A stretch of 64,000 bases of DNA. Origin: Anaerolineales bacterium. GTDB lineage: Bacteria; Chloroflexota; Anaerolineae; Anaerolineales; UBA6663. Below are positions 1 through 9,212 of this stretch, in pieces. Below the pieces are notes generated by a model. That model had not been told where the DNA came from. It did no database searches and worked only from the letters and a program-made list of their open reading frames with translations. The translations under genes were made by a program, and so were the position numbers. The stretch lies in NCBI GenBank assembly GCA_035291605.1, contig DATDRS010000326.1, positions 14,406 to 78,405 of the forward strand, given 5' to 3'. Within the stretch, counting starts at the first letter, position 1. Every line of letters starts with the position of its first letter.

Positions 1-1310
1 CCACGTTCAAGCTCGACGTCGAGCGGATGCGCCTGGGATGGTATTCGGACAAGTACTTCGAGAACATCGGCGCGATGCTCCGGCAGCTTTCGGCGGAGGG
101 CTACCGCTATGTAGGCCCGGCGCCCCACCTGCCGGCGGGCGACCCGGCGGGCGTGGAAACAGGCGAGATGCACGTCGAGATGCAGTGGTTCACCCGCCGT
201 CCCGGCGCCACCGTCGTCGTCGGCGTAGACAAAGCCATCGAGATGCTTCGCTACGGCGCGGGGTATTTCGAAGGCGAGCGCTTCATGTGCACGTGGGATC
301 AGCTCGAAGTAGAAGCGGTGCACGACGGCGCGCTGGTGAAATACAACGGCGACCCGACGCAGGTGCAGCCGGCGATGCGCGCGCGCGGGCGCTACCGCGA
401 CTTCGCGCTCCTCGAAACGCCGACGCTGGGCATCCTCACCCGCGCCTCGCGCGTGGCGACGAACGTGTATCAGACGCTGGTCGCAGCGCGCGGCAAGCCG
501 GTGTTATTCTTCCCGGCGCGGTTTGACCTGCACGAAGTGCAGGCCGCCGACGGGTATGCCTATAACGTCGCGGTTCAGCGTTTTAATCTCGATTATGAGG
601 CGACCCTCGGCCCGTTTGTCTCCACCGACGCCCAGGGCGACTGGTGGGGCGGCGCGGGCGGCGGGACGGTGGCGCACGCCGCGATTGCGTGCTTCTTCGG
701 CGACACGGCAGAGGCCATGCTGGCCTTTTGTGCGACGCGCCCGCCGCGCATTCCGCGCATCGCGCTGGTAGACTTCAACAACGACTCCGTCGGCGATTCG
801 CTGGCGACGCTCGACGCGATGTTCGCGCGCTATCGTGAACTGGTGGACGCGGGCGACGAAACCGAAGCGAAGAAGTATGTGCTTTACGGCGTGCGGCTGG
901 ACACGAGCGGCAGCGTGCGCGATGTCTCGGTGCCGCCCCTGGGCGAACCGAGCCTGGATTTGGGCGTGGTGCCGCGTTTGGTGTTCACCGTGCGCCGGGC
1001 GCTGGATACCGCGTGGGAGCGATGGGGCGACCTCCCGCCCGTGTGGGAAGCCCGTGCCCAAGAGTATTGCCGCAACGTAAAGATTGTCGTCTCCGGCGGA
1101 TTTAACCCGGAGAAGATTAAGCGCTTCGAAAAACTTGCCGTGCCGGTGGACATTTACGCCGTCGGCTCATCGCTCTTCGACAACCACGGCGATACGGTGA
1201 CCGATTTCACCGCCGACGTGGTGCGCGTGAAGGTGAACGGGGAATGGCGGGATATGCCGAAGGTCGGGCGGCGGCCATGCGACAACCCGGAAATGGAGCG
1301 GGTGACATAG
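1..1310 (+). CDS. Nicotinate/quinolinate phosphoribosyltransferase family protein (5' end probably outside window)
   Basis: The frame is open from the window edge (TFKLDVER precedes the first ATG at 27). Type II PRTase hallmarks are YGVRLDTSGS and IVVSGGFNPEKI. Confidence 0.7.
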   Translation, partial: TFKLDVERMRLGWYSDKYFENIGAMLRQLSAEGYRYVGPAPHLPAGDPAGVETGEMHVEMQWFTRRPGATVVVGVDKAIEMLRYGAGYFEGERFMCTWDQLEVEAVHDGALVKYNGDPTQVQPAMRARGRYRDFALLETPTLGILTRASRVATNVYQTLVAARGKPVLFFPARFDLHEVQAADGYAYNVAVQRFNLDYEATLGPFVSTDAQGDWWGGAGGGTVAHAAIACFFGDTAEAMLAFCATRPPRIPRIALVDFNNDSVGDSLATLDAMFARYRELVDAGDETEAKKYVLYGVRLDTSGSVRDVSVPPLGEPSLDLGVVPRLVFTVRRALDTAWERWGDLPPVWEARAQEYCRNVKIVVSGGFNPEKIKRFEKLAVPVDIYAVGSSLFDNHGDTVTDFTADVVRVKVNGEWRDMPKVGRRPCDNPEMERVT

Positions 1311-1331
1311 ATAACCGCTCTTCCCTCACCA

Positions 1332-1360
1332 TTGCGTCCCCCGATTATTCGGGCTATCAT
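1332..1360 (+). promoter_or_regulatory. sigma70-like promoter TTGCGT-17-TATCAT upstream of the REC-histidine kinase gene
   Basis: Hexamers at 1332-1337 and 1355-1360 with a 17-nt spacer. GGAGGG Shine-Dalgarno lies just before the ATG at 1432. Confidence 0.5.
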
Positions 1361-1431
1361 CCCCGGCGGAGTGTTCACTCTCAAAAAAGTATCAGCGCGC
1401 TGCCTGGCTTACCGGCCTGCAGGAGGGTCGC

Positions 1432-2904
1432 ATGGAGCCTGCTTCGACCGTCCTCATCGTGGACGATGACCCCGTCATACGCAAAGTGCTGGGGGATATG
1501 CTTCTCAACCAGGATTACATCCTGGTCCAGGCCGCCGACGGCGTGGAGGCGCTGGCCCAGGCCGCCGAGCACAGGCCGGACCTGATTCTGCTCGACGTGA
1601 TGATGCCGAACATGGACGGCTTCGAAGTTTGCCGCCGTCTGCGCGCCGACCCCGCGCTGGCCGAAGCGCCGGTGGTCATGGTCACCTCGCTCGACGACCG
1701 GGCTTCCCGTTTGAGAGGCATCGAGGCCGGGGCGGATGATTTCATCACCAAGCCGTTTGACCGCGTGGAACTGCGCGCCCGCGTCCACACCATCACCCGC
1801 CTCAACCGCTACCGCCGCCTGCAGGAAGAGCGTTCGCAATTGGCGTGGGTGGTGGAACACGCCGATGACGGCTATCTGCGGTTAGGCCCGGACGACGAAG
1901 TGTTGTACGCCAACCCCAAGGCGCGGCTTTATCTCGGCGTCGAGGGCGAGCCGGAGGCGCTGGTGGCTGAAAAATTCCTGTCGCTGGCGCTGCGTCAGTA
2001 TCGCCTCGAACCGCAGGACAGTTGGGCTGGTTGGCCGGCGCTGTCGCCGAAGACGCTTTTCCGCGCGCGCTATTTGGTGCGCCCGGAAACGCCTACCGCC
2101 CCGGTCTTCTGGCTGGAGGCGGCCGTGCTGAACCTGCCGGGCGCGCCGCGCACCCATCTCATCCGGCTGAAAAATGTCACCGCCCAAATCAAGTCCCGGC
2201 GTGATATGCGCAGTTTTATAACGGTCATCGGCCACAAACTTCGCACGCCGCTGGTCCCCATTCTGGGGATACTCGAAATGGCCTCGGAGCCTACCGCCTG
2301 GAAAATATCGAGCGAGGATATGATCAACTCGCTTTCGCTGGCCTTACGCGGCGCGCAACGCCTGCACGCGGAGCTGGAAGACATTCTGAAATTTGCCCAG
2401 ATTCCCGCGCTGGTCCAAGACGACGGCGGCTTCTCGCTCTCGCAATTTGAACCCCTGGTAACTGAGATCAGCGCCGGGCTGGAACTGAGAGCGGTCACCA
2501 TGTCTATGTCCGAGGACGTGAAACGTGCCCAGGTCGCGCTGCCGCCGCAGGCCGTGGAAGTCATGCTCTGGGAGATTCTGGAAAACGCGAAAAAGTTTCA
2601 TCCGGCTCACTCCCCTACCGTAGAGATAGAGGTCGTGCGCGAGAGCGCTGGCCGCATCGCCTTGCGCGTCGGCGATGACGGCGTGACTCTCTCCCCCGAG
2701 CAAATGGAGCAGGTCTGGACGCCCTACTATCAAGCCGAAAAAGGATTCACGGGTGAACTGCCCGGCATGGGGTTGGGACTGTCAACCGTCGCCTCGCTCG
2801 TCTGGGGCGTCGGTGGAGCTTGCCGCCTCTATAACCGAAAAGATGGGCCGGGAATCGTTGTGGAGCTGATTCTGCCGGAAATGTCAGCCGCGCCTGCTCC
2901 GTAG
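1432..2904 (+). CDS. Hybrid response regulator / sensor histidine kinase (REC - sensory linker - HisKA - HATPase)
   Basis: REC motifs are LIVDDD, DLILLDVMMPNMDG and ITKPF. H-box is VIGHKLRTPL and G-box is GMGLGLS. SD GGAGGG precedes the ATG. Confidence 0.85.
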   Translation: MEPASTVLIVDDDPVIRKVLGDMLLNQDYILVQAADGVEALAQAAEHRPDLILLDVMMPNMDGFEVCRRLRADPALAEAPVVMVTSLDDRASRLRGIEAGADDFITKPFDRVELRARVHTITRLNRYRRLQEERSQLAWVVEHADDGYLRLGPDDEVLYANPKARLYLGVEGEPEALVAEKFLSLALRQYRLEPQDSWAGWPALSPKTLFRARYLVRPETPTAPVFWLEAAVLNLPGAPRTHLIRLKNVTAQIKSRRDMRSFITVIGHKLRTPLVPILGILEMASEPTAWKISSEDMINSLSLALRGAQRLHAELEDILKFAQIPALVQDDGGFSLSQFEPLVTEISAGLELRAVTMSMSEDVKRAQVALPPQAVEVMLWEILENAKKFHPAHSPTVEIEVVRESAGRIALRVGDDGVTLSPEQMEQVWTPYYQAEKGFTGELPGMGLGLSTVASLVWGVGGACRLYNRKDGPGIVVELILPEMSAAPAP

Positions 2905-2935
2905 GGGGTGAACTGGCGCGGCCGCTCCATCGGAT

Positions 2936-3982
2936 TCACTGAAATACCGGATGCAATAAATCCTGGACGACCAGCACGACCATCAAGCTCAGTATCGCCG
3001 CCATGCCGACCATGTGAACCAGCTTCTCGCGCCGGGCGTTGACCGGGCGGCCGCGCAGCAGTTCGAGGCCGGCAAAGGCGATCCGTCCCCCATCCAACGC
3101 CGCAATCGGCAACAGGTTCATGAAACCGAGCGCCACGCTGATCAGCGCGGTCAGATTCAAAACAGGATACAGCGTCCGCCCCCTGAGCGCCTCCTCTAAA
3201 ATCTTATCGCTAATCTGCTTCAGCCCCACCAGCCCGCTGAGACGCGCCTCGTCGGACTTGAGTTCGTCTCGCAGCACGCGCACGGGAACCATGATCGTTT
3301 CGTGCATCTGAAGAGCGATCCGTTCCACGGCGCGGCGGCTCGCGCCTGGGAGCGCATACCGCACCGTCACGCGGGTCAGGTCAAGGCCGGTCGGCCGTTT
3401 GTCGGACGACCACTCCGTCTGGGGGATAATCGCCAGCGGGACGATCTCTGCCCCGCGCTGGACTTCTAGTTGAACCGGCCGCCCAATATTCTCCGCGACG
3501 AGAGCCGCCCACTCGCGCGGATCGTGAATGGTCAGTTCATTCGCCCGCAGCAACACATCGTCCGCGCGCAGTCCGGCCACCTCGGCGGGCGAACCAGGCA
3601 GGACGCCCACGACTTTAACTTGATCGGGCCAGCCGAGCATAAAAGCGACGACCAGCACCCAATAGCCAACCAGCAGATTGGCCGAAGGCCCCGCCGCGAA
3701 GACGGCTGCCCGTTTCCAGGCGGCGCTGGCGGCCAGGCCGTCCGCCACAGCCGGGTCAAACTCGCCCACCGGGCGCACAAAGCCGCCGAGCGGAATCCAG
3801 TTGAGCGTAAAGGCCGTCCCGCGCCACTCGCCCAGTTTCAACAGGCGGGGCGGCAGTCCGAGGCCAAATTCCTGTACCCGGATGCCCAGCCCAGTCGCCA
3901 TCAGAAAGTGGCCCAACTCGTGAAAGAAAATCAAGCCCCCTAGCATCAGGATGAAAAAAGCCAACTTGATCACAGTATCCAC
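2936..3982 (-). CDS. rseP: RIP metalloprotease RseP (site-2 protease, M50 family with PDZ domain)
   Basis: HELGH zinc motif, PDZ-like VLPGSPAEVAGLRADDVLL, and NLLPIAALDGGR motif. The ORF runs to 4117, but its first 45 codons are R/P/S-rich. GTG at 3982 is preceded by GGAGG, so I take that as the start. Confidence 0.85.
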   Translation of the reverse strand: MDTVIKLAFFILMLGGLIFFHELGHFLMATGLGIRVQEFGLGLPPRLLKLGEWRGTAFTLNWIPLGGFVRPVGEFDPAVADGLAASAAWKRAAVFAAGPSANLLVGYWVLVVAFMLGWPDQVKVVGVLPGSPAEVAGLRADDVLLRANELTIHDPREWAALVAENIGRPVQLEVQRGAEIVPLAIIPQTEWSSDKRPTGLDLTRVTVRYALPGASRRAVERIALQMHETIMVPVRVLRDELKSDEARLSGLVGLKQISDKILEEALRGRTLYPVLNLTALISVALGFMNLLPIAALDGGRIAFAGLELLRGRPVNARREKLVHMVGMAAILSLMVVLVVQDLLHPVFQ

Positions 3983-4183
3983 CAAAACCTCCCGACGACA
4001 GCTTGCTGCAGCGCGCGTGCCGAGTCGAGAGGGGCTTTGGTGAAACGGCGAGGGGATGAAGTGGGGGTACGGACGGGAAGACCGACGAGCACTAACGTGC
4101 CGGGGAGGGCGCGCCACTCAGCGTTTTCAACCGTCCATTGGAGCGGCTCGCAGCCACGATGCGGCAGCCGTGACAACGCGCTC

Positions 4184-4516
4184 CTACAGCGCAAACATCT
4201 TCTGCATGCTCAGCGCCAGCGACATATCGCCCTGGACTTTCACCTTGCCCTGCATGAAGGCATTGATCGGATTCAGGTCGCCGTTGACGATCGCCAGATA
4301 GTCGCTGGCCGCGGCGCCAAACGTCATCGTCGGATTCGCCGCCGCGCCCTCTGTGACAGCGATTTTCCGGTCGGCAATCGCCAGATACCACTGCCCTCCG
4401 CCCTCCCCGCTCAGGTCGAATTGGATCGTCGCGTTCAGACCGCCCGCCTGCTCCGGCAAAAACCGGCCGGGCATCGCCTCGAAGATTTCTCTCACCGTTG
4501 TCGCGCGCTGCGGCAT
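4184..4516 (-). CDS. SCP2 sterol-binding domain protein
   Basis: Typical SCP2 signature (ATIQFDLSGEGGGQWYL ... NPINAFMQGKVKVQGDMSLA). ATG at 4516 is preceded by GGAGG with a 6-nt spacer. The upstream 13 codons of the ORF lack an SD. Confidence 0.75.
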   Translation of the reverse strand: MPQRATTVREIFEAMPGRFLPEQAGGLNATIQFDLSGEGGGQWYLAIADRKIAVTEGAAANPTMTFGAAASDYLAIVNGDLNPINAFMQGKVKVQGDMSLALSMQKMFAL

Positions 4517-4593
4517 GCGTGACCTCCACAAGTCAAGATGGCGAAATTGTAACACGAGCGCGCTGTATAGACGATGCTCTATAATGCAGCGCG

Positions 4594-5484
4594 ATGCTTA
4601 AGTCCCAACCTGCTCATCTAACTGCCGTTCTGCAAGCCTTGCTTGTCACTTTCCTCTGGGCCACTTCGTGGGTACTCATCAAGATCGGGTTGAAGGACAT
4701 CCCGGCCCTGACCTTCGCCGGGCTGCGGTACAGCGCGGCTTTCCTGTGCCTGCTGCCCTTCGCTTTGCGCGCCAATCATCGGGTTTCATTGCAGAGCCTA
4801 TCCCGGCGACAGTGGGGAAGCCTCCTGGCCCTCGGCCTGTTCTTGTATGCCGTGACGCAGGGCGCTCAGTTTCTTGGGTTGGCTTACCTTCCCGCCGTGA
4901 CCGTTAATCTGCTGCTGAACTTCACCACCATCATCGTCATGTTTCTCGGCATGGCCTTTCTGGCCGAGCAGCCTACGATTCTCCAGTGGAGTGGGGTCGG
5001 CCTGTCTCTTGCCGGCGTGCTGGTCTTTTTCTACCCGGCGGCGCTCCCGGCCGATCAGGCTTTCGGAGTCAGCGTCGTCGTCGTGGGCGTGCTTTCGAAC
5101 GCGCTCTCGGCCATTCTCGGGCGGCGCGTTAACCGCGATGGCGACCTGCACCCGCTCATCGTGACTACCATCAGCATGGGCTTCGGTTCGCTCGCCCTGC
5201 TGACCACCGGCCTCCTCGTGCAGGGCCTGCCGCGCCTCAGCCTCCTCAACTGGGCGTTCATCGCCTGGCTCGCCGTCGTCAACACCGCGGTCGCCTTCAC
5301 GCTGTGGAATCACACGCTGCGCACGCTCGCGGCGCTGGAGTCAAGCATCATCAACAGCACGATGCTCATCCATATTCCCCTGCTGGCGTGGCTCTTCCTC
5401 GGCGAACCAATCACGATCCAGAAAGTCGTCGGGATGGCGCTGGCCGGCCTGGGAGCGCTGATCGTGCAGACGCGCCGGGCTTAA
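4594..5484 (+). CDS. EamA/DMT-family transporter (10-TM drug/metabolite permease)
   Basis: Two EamA-like halves, about 10 hydrophobic helices, typical LLWATSWVLIKIGL start. Confidence 0.8.
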   Translation: MLKSQPAHLTAVLQALLVTFLWATSWVLIKIGLKDIPALTFAGLRYSAAFLCLLPFALRANHRVSLQSLSRRQWGSLLALGLFLYAVTQGAQFLGLAYLPAVTVNLLLNFTTIIVMFLGMAFLAEQPTILQWSGVGLSLAGVLVFFYPAALPADQAFGVSVVVVGVLSNALSAILGRRVNRDGDLHPLIVTTISMGFGSLALLTTGLLVQGLPRLSLLNWAFIAWLAVVNTAVAFTLWNHTLRTLAALESSIINSTMLIHIPLLAWLFLGEPITIQKVVGMALAGLGALIVQTRRA

Positions 5485-5521
5485 GCAGAAACCCGGTTTC
5501 TGAGAGAAACCGGGTTTCTGC
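5485..5521. terminator. Bidirectional terminator-like hairpin between convergent genes
   Basis: Perfect 17-bp stem GCAGAAACCCGGTTTCT / AGAAACCGGGTTTCTGC with a 3-nt loop GAG, starting 1 nt after the EamA stop codon. Confidence 0.6.
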
Positions 5522-5537
5522 TGCATCCTTCGCGGGG

Positions 5538-5966
5538 CTAGCTTGCAATGCGCGTCTTGGGGATCCGCTGGCGCACCAGCCGCCAGCCGAGCAACCCGGC
5601 CACAAAGCTCAAAAACGCCAGGGACAGCCGCATGCTGACCAACGCCATCCCGACAAAATAAACCAGTCCGCCCAACCCGGCGGCGACCCAGATCACTTTG
5701 CGCTGCCTTGCCTCTTGGCGGGCGGCCGCCGCATAGGACTGGCGCGCATTCGCCCGCAACTCGCCTTTCAATTCGGCCACAAAGTCGCGGCGGGGTTCCA
5801 CCGGGAACAGGGCAGCTTTCACCTTGCGCGCCAGCCTCAGCAGCGGTTTCACGACCTCGCGCTCAGGTTCAGATTCCACCGCCGGCAGTTCGTCGGTCAG
5901 ATCCACATCGTTGACGAGGTGGTCGGCGTGAACGCTGAGCAATTCAGCCAACTCTTGTTCGTTCAT
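5538..5966 (-). CDS. Hypothetical membrane-anchored protein (acidic cytoplasmic N-terminus, two C-terminal TM helices)
   Basis: ATG at 5966 follows GGGGAG by 9 nt. Last gene of the ECF-sigma/DegV transcription unit. I recognise no family. Confidence 0.45.
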   Translation of the reverse strand: MNEQELAELLSVHADHLVNDVDLTDELPAVESEPEREVVKPLLRLARKVKAALFPVEPRRDFVAELKGELRANARQSYAAAARQEARQRKVIWVAAGLGGLVYFVGMALVSMRLSLAFLSFVAGLLGWRLVRQRIPKTRIAS

Positions 5967-5990
5967 GCTGGGCAACTCCCCTCGGCCTCG

Positions 5991-6842
5991 TCAGACCGCA
6001 TAGCCGATCACGCCGATTGTGCCGGGGCCTAACTGAATCGCCACGGCGATGGACAGGGATTGGACGAGAACGTCCTCTTTGCAGTTGAACGATTGCTTCA
6101 CCATTCCGGTGAGTATCTTGGCCTCCTCCGGCGCAGCCGCGTGCACGACCGACATCATCGCCGGCCGGTCGCCGATCTTCTCCTTGGAAAGCTCGAGGAT
6201 GCGTTCAAACGCCTTCGAGCGCACGCGAATTCTGTCCTCGGTCGGCAGGAGAATCCCCTCCCGCAACTGAATGATGGGCTTCATATTCAGCATCAAACCA
6301 AGCATAGCCCGCAGCCCTCCCACGCGCCCGCTCATCTGGGCGTATTTCAGCGTGGCGAGCGTAATGACAAAACTCGAATGGTCGCGAATGTGCTCCAGCC
6401 GCTTGATGATCTCCTCCAGGCTCTTCCCGGCGCGCTCCATTTCGCGCGCCTCGCGGCACATGTACCCCATCCCCGTCGAGCCGCACAGACTGTCGAACAC
6501 GCGGACTTTGAAATCATCTTTGACATTGCTGGCGGCCAGGTTGGCCGACTCCACCGTCTTCGACAGCTTCCCGGTGACGTGGATCGAGAGGATCGTGTCC
6601 CCTTTCTGGGCCGCCTTCCGATACACCTGCTCAATTTGGTATGGATTGGGCTGTGACGTCTTGGGAAAGGTTTTATCCGTCACTCCCTCCAGCCGCTTAT
6701 AGAACCTGTCATCGTCAATATCCACGCCGTGCAGGAACTGTTCGGTGCCGAAGTGGATATTGACCGGCACCACATGAATGTCGTACTTTGACAGCCACTC
6801 GCCAGGCATGTCTCCGGCGCTGTCGGTCACGATACGAAGCAT
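5991..6842 (-). CDS. DegV-family fatty-acid-binding protein
   Basis: MLRIVTDSAGDMP N-terminus is typical of DegV. ATG at 6842 is preceded by GGAGGAG. An alternative GTG at 6887 would overlap the sigma stop as GTGA. Confidence 0.8.
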   Translation of the reverse strand: MLRIVTDSAGDMPGEWLSKYDIHVVPVNIHFGTEQFLHGVDIDDDRFYKRLEGVTDKTFPKTSQPNPYQIEQVYRKAAQKGDTILSIHVTGKLSKTVESANLAASNVKDDFKVRVFDSLCGSTGMGYMCREAREMERAGKSLEEIIKRLEHIRDHSSFVITLATLKYAQMSGRVGGLRAMLGLMLNMKPIIQLREGILLPTEDRIRVRSKAFERILELSKEKIGDRPAMMSVVHAAAPEEAKILTGMVKQSFNCKEDVLVQSLSIAVAIQLGPGTIGVIGYAV

Positions 6843-6883
6843 GAGGTCTCCTCCGAAAATGATAGATTGGCCGGCGGCGCGGC

Positions 6884-7456
6884 TCACGCCTCATCCCGAG
6901 CGCCGCCGCGCGCCAGTTCGTCCCGCAGCGACAGGAGGGTGCGATGATACAGGCTCTTGACCGCGCCCTCGCTGCGCTGCAGGATCGCGCCGATCTCTGC
7001 ATTCGACAGGCGCTCGACGAACTTCAAAATGAGCAATTGCTGGCGCTCGCCCGGCAACTGGCGGATGGCTCGCAGCAATCGTTCCCGCTCTTCGCGGCTC
7101 TCGGTCATCGCCTCCGGCGCTTCCGAACGCAGGTCGCGCCAGTCGTGGACCGGCAACTGATCGAGCGGGAACACCTTGCGCCGTCCCTGGTCCCGGTGCC
7201 AGTTGGCCAGCAGGTTGTGGGCAATGCGGTACAGCCAGGCCGAGAACGGCAGCCCCCGGTCGTCGTAGTGGTGCAAATGCGCCATCGCCCGGACGAACAC
7301 CCGCGCCGTCAAATCCTCGGCGTCGTGTTCGTTGCCCGTGCGGTAATACACGTAATTGTATATTTTTTTGACGTACCGCTCGTAGAGCAGGCCAAAGGCC
7401 TCCGCGTCCTGCTTGGCTCTGGCTACCAGCGCCGCCTCGTCTTTTGGATCGAGCAC
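6884..7456 (-). CDS. ECF-type RNA polymerase sigma factor (sigma-70 family, regions 2 and 4)
   Basis: Region 2 (YYRTGNEHDAEDLTARVFVRA, FSAWLYRIAHN) and region 4 HTH (LSNAEIGAILQRSEGAVKSLYHR). GTG start. Confidence 0.85.
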   Translation of the reverse strand: MLDPKDEAALVARAKQDAEAFGLLYERYVKKIYNYVYYRTGNEHDAEDLTARVFVRAMAHLHHYDDRGLPFSAWLYRIAHNLLANWHRDQGRRKVFPLDQLPVHDWRDLRSEAPEAMTESREERERLLRAIRQLPGERQQLLILKFVERLSNAEIGAILQRSEGAVKSLYHRTLLSLRDELARGGARDEA

Positions 7457-7534
7457 CCGCTCACTACTCCCAGGCTCGAGCGGAGGCTCAAAGAGAAGAA
7501 CACCCTCCGCCCGTCAAAGTTACGCCGCGAGGCG

Positions 7535-7563
7535 AGTATAGCAGAGCCGATAGGCCAGGTCAA
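7535..7563 (-). promoter_or_regulatory. sigma70-like promoter TTGACC-17-TATACT for the ECF sigma operon
   Basis: Read on the minus strand: TTGACC (7563-7558), 17-nt spacer, TATACT (7540-7535). Confidence 0.55.
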
Positions 7564-7587
7564 AAGTTTCACCCAAAATCAAAATCG

Positions 7588-7616
7588 TTGACGCGCTTTC
7601 TCTAACATGCTAGACT
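7588..7616 (+). promoter_or_regulatory. sigma70-like promoter TTGACG-17-TAGACT; -10 box ends 8 nt before ATG 7625
   Basis: Hexamers at 7588-7593 and 7611-7616. The -10 box overlaps the first ATG of the ORF (7607), so I use the second ATG. Confidence 0.55.
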
Positions 7617-7624
7617 TTTTTCCT

Positions 7625-8326
7625 ATGCCCCGCCTCCAGCGCGTCATCCTCGTCATCGTTCTGCTCTGCGCCCTGCCGCCCGCGGGCGTCTCCGCACAAG
7701 ATCAGGGCGTAGCGGTGATCACCTCGCCGCTCGACGGGGCTATCGTTTCCGGCGTCGTGCCCATCAGCGGCGCCGCCACCCACCCGCAGTTCCAGCGGTA
7801 CGAACTGGCCTTCGGCTACAGCCCCAACCCAACCGATACCTGGTTCTCTCTCCAAGATCCGGCGGTCACCCAGGTGGTCAACGACGTCCTCGGGCGCTGG
7901 GACACCACCGGCGTCACGGATGGCCTCTACGTGCTGCGTTTGCGGGTATACTGGACAGACCGAAATTATCTGGAAGCCTTTGTGCGCAACGTGCAGGTGC
8001 AGAACGCGACCCCCACGCCGACGGTCCCGCCCCCCGAGGCGACGACGTCCTCCTCCCCACTCCCGGCCCTCACGCTGACCGCGCCGGTCGCCGGGACGGC
8101 GGCGACCCAGCCGCTGATCGTCCTTCCTCCGCCTTCGACGCCTCGCCCCACGACGAACGCGGCGATCGCCATCGGCAGCGGGACGGGCATGAGCGCCGCG
8201 CGCCTCAACACGCAGGTGATCCGCGGTGCATTCTTCGACGGCGTGCGGTTTACGGTCGTGCTGTTTGCTTTGCTAGGCGCCTACGCCGGACTGCGCGCGG
8301 CTTGGCGTTCGCGCTCGCGCCGTTAA
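7625..8326 (+). CDS. Hypothetical secreted/anchored protein (signal peptide, Ig-like domain, Pro/Thr-rich linker, C-terminal TM)
   Basis: Signal-like MPRLQRVILVIVLLCALPPAGVSAQ, PT-rich stretch ATPTPTVPPPEATTSSSP, C-terminal helix VVLFALLGAYAGL followed by a basic tail. Confidence 0.6.
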   Translation: MPRLQRVILVIVLLCALPPAGVSAQDQGVAVITSPLDGAIVSGVVPISGAATHPQFQRYELAFGYSPNPTDTWFSLQDPAVTQVVNDVLGRWDTTGVTDGLYVLRLRVYWTDRNYLEAFVRNVQVQNATPTPTVPPPEATTSSSPLPALTLTAPVAGTAATQPLIVLPPPSTPRPTTNAAIAIGSGTGMSAARLNTQVIRGAFFDGVRFTVVLFALLGAYAGLRAAWRSRSRR

Positions 8327-8339
8327 CCCCATTGCAGCC

Positions 8340-9110
8340 ATGACCATCCCCTTGAAACGCCCCAAAGAAATTGTTGAGATGCGCGCCGCCGGGAGACTCG
8401 TGGCCGAGACGTTCGCCCGCCTCGCCGAAGCGGTTCGCCCCGGCGTCACGCTGGCCGAGTTGGACCGGCTCGCGACGGATTATCTCAAACGCCAGGGCGC
8501 AGAGCCGCTCTACAAAGGCTATCGGGGCAACCCGCCGAACCACCCTCCCTTCCCCGGCGTCATCTGCGCGTCGGTGAATCAGGAAGTCTGCCACGGCCTG
8601 CCCGACGGGCGCAGCCTGAAAGACGGCGATATCGTCGGCGTGGATATCGGATTAAAATATAGAGGCTACTGCGGCGACGCTTGCGTCACCTATGCCGTGG
8701 GCAAAATTACGCCGGAGGCGCAGCGGCTGTTGGACGTGACGCAGGAATGCCTGCGGCGCGGGATTGCGGCAGCGCAGCCAGGCCATCACTTCGGCGACAT
8801 CGGTGCGGCCATTCAAGCTTACGCCGAAGGCCAGGGATTCAGCGTGGTACGCGAGTGGGGTGGACACGGCATCGGCCGGAGACTGCACGAGCCGCCTTCC
8901 GTCCCACACACCGGCCCCGCGGGCGCCGGCCCTCGTCTCCGCCCCGGCATGGTCTTCACCATCGAACCCATGATCAACGCCGGGAAGCCGGACTGGAAAC
9001 TGCTCAAGGATGGTTGGACCGTCGTCACGGCCGACGGTTCGCTTTCAGCGCAGTTTGAGCATACGATCGCCATCGCAGAGCACGGCCCGGAGATCTTGTC
9101 ACAGCCTTAG
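8340..9110 (+). CDS. map: Type I methionine aminopeptidase
   Basis: Full-length MetAP-I pattern: CHGLP, DIVGVDIG, GHGIG, FTIEPM, EHT metal ligands. Confidence 0.95.
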   Translation: MTIPLKRPKEIVEMRAAGRLVAETFARLAEAVRPGVTLAELDRLATDYLKRQGAEPLYKGYRGNPPNHPPFPGVICASVNQEVCHGLPDGRSLKDGDIVGVDIGLKYRGYCGDACVTYAVGKITPEAQRLLDVTQECLRRGIAAAQPGHHFGDIGAAIQAYAEGQGFSVVREWGGHGIGRRLHEPPSVPHTGPAGAGPRLRPGMVFTIEPMINAGKPDWKLLKDGWTVVTADGSLSAQFEHTIAIAEHGPEILSQP

Positions 9111-9212
9111 CGGTATAATGAGGCCCAGGCTCTCTCACCGCGGCTAGGGGGGCGCTTGCAAAGGAGGCGAGCTTCAGGCAAAATTCAACCCCTTCACTCA
9201 TTGAGACGAACC

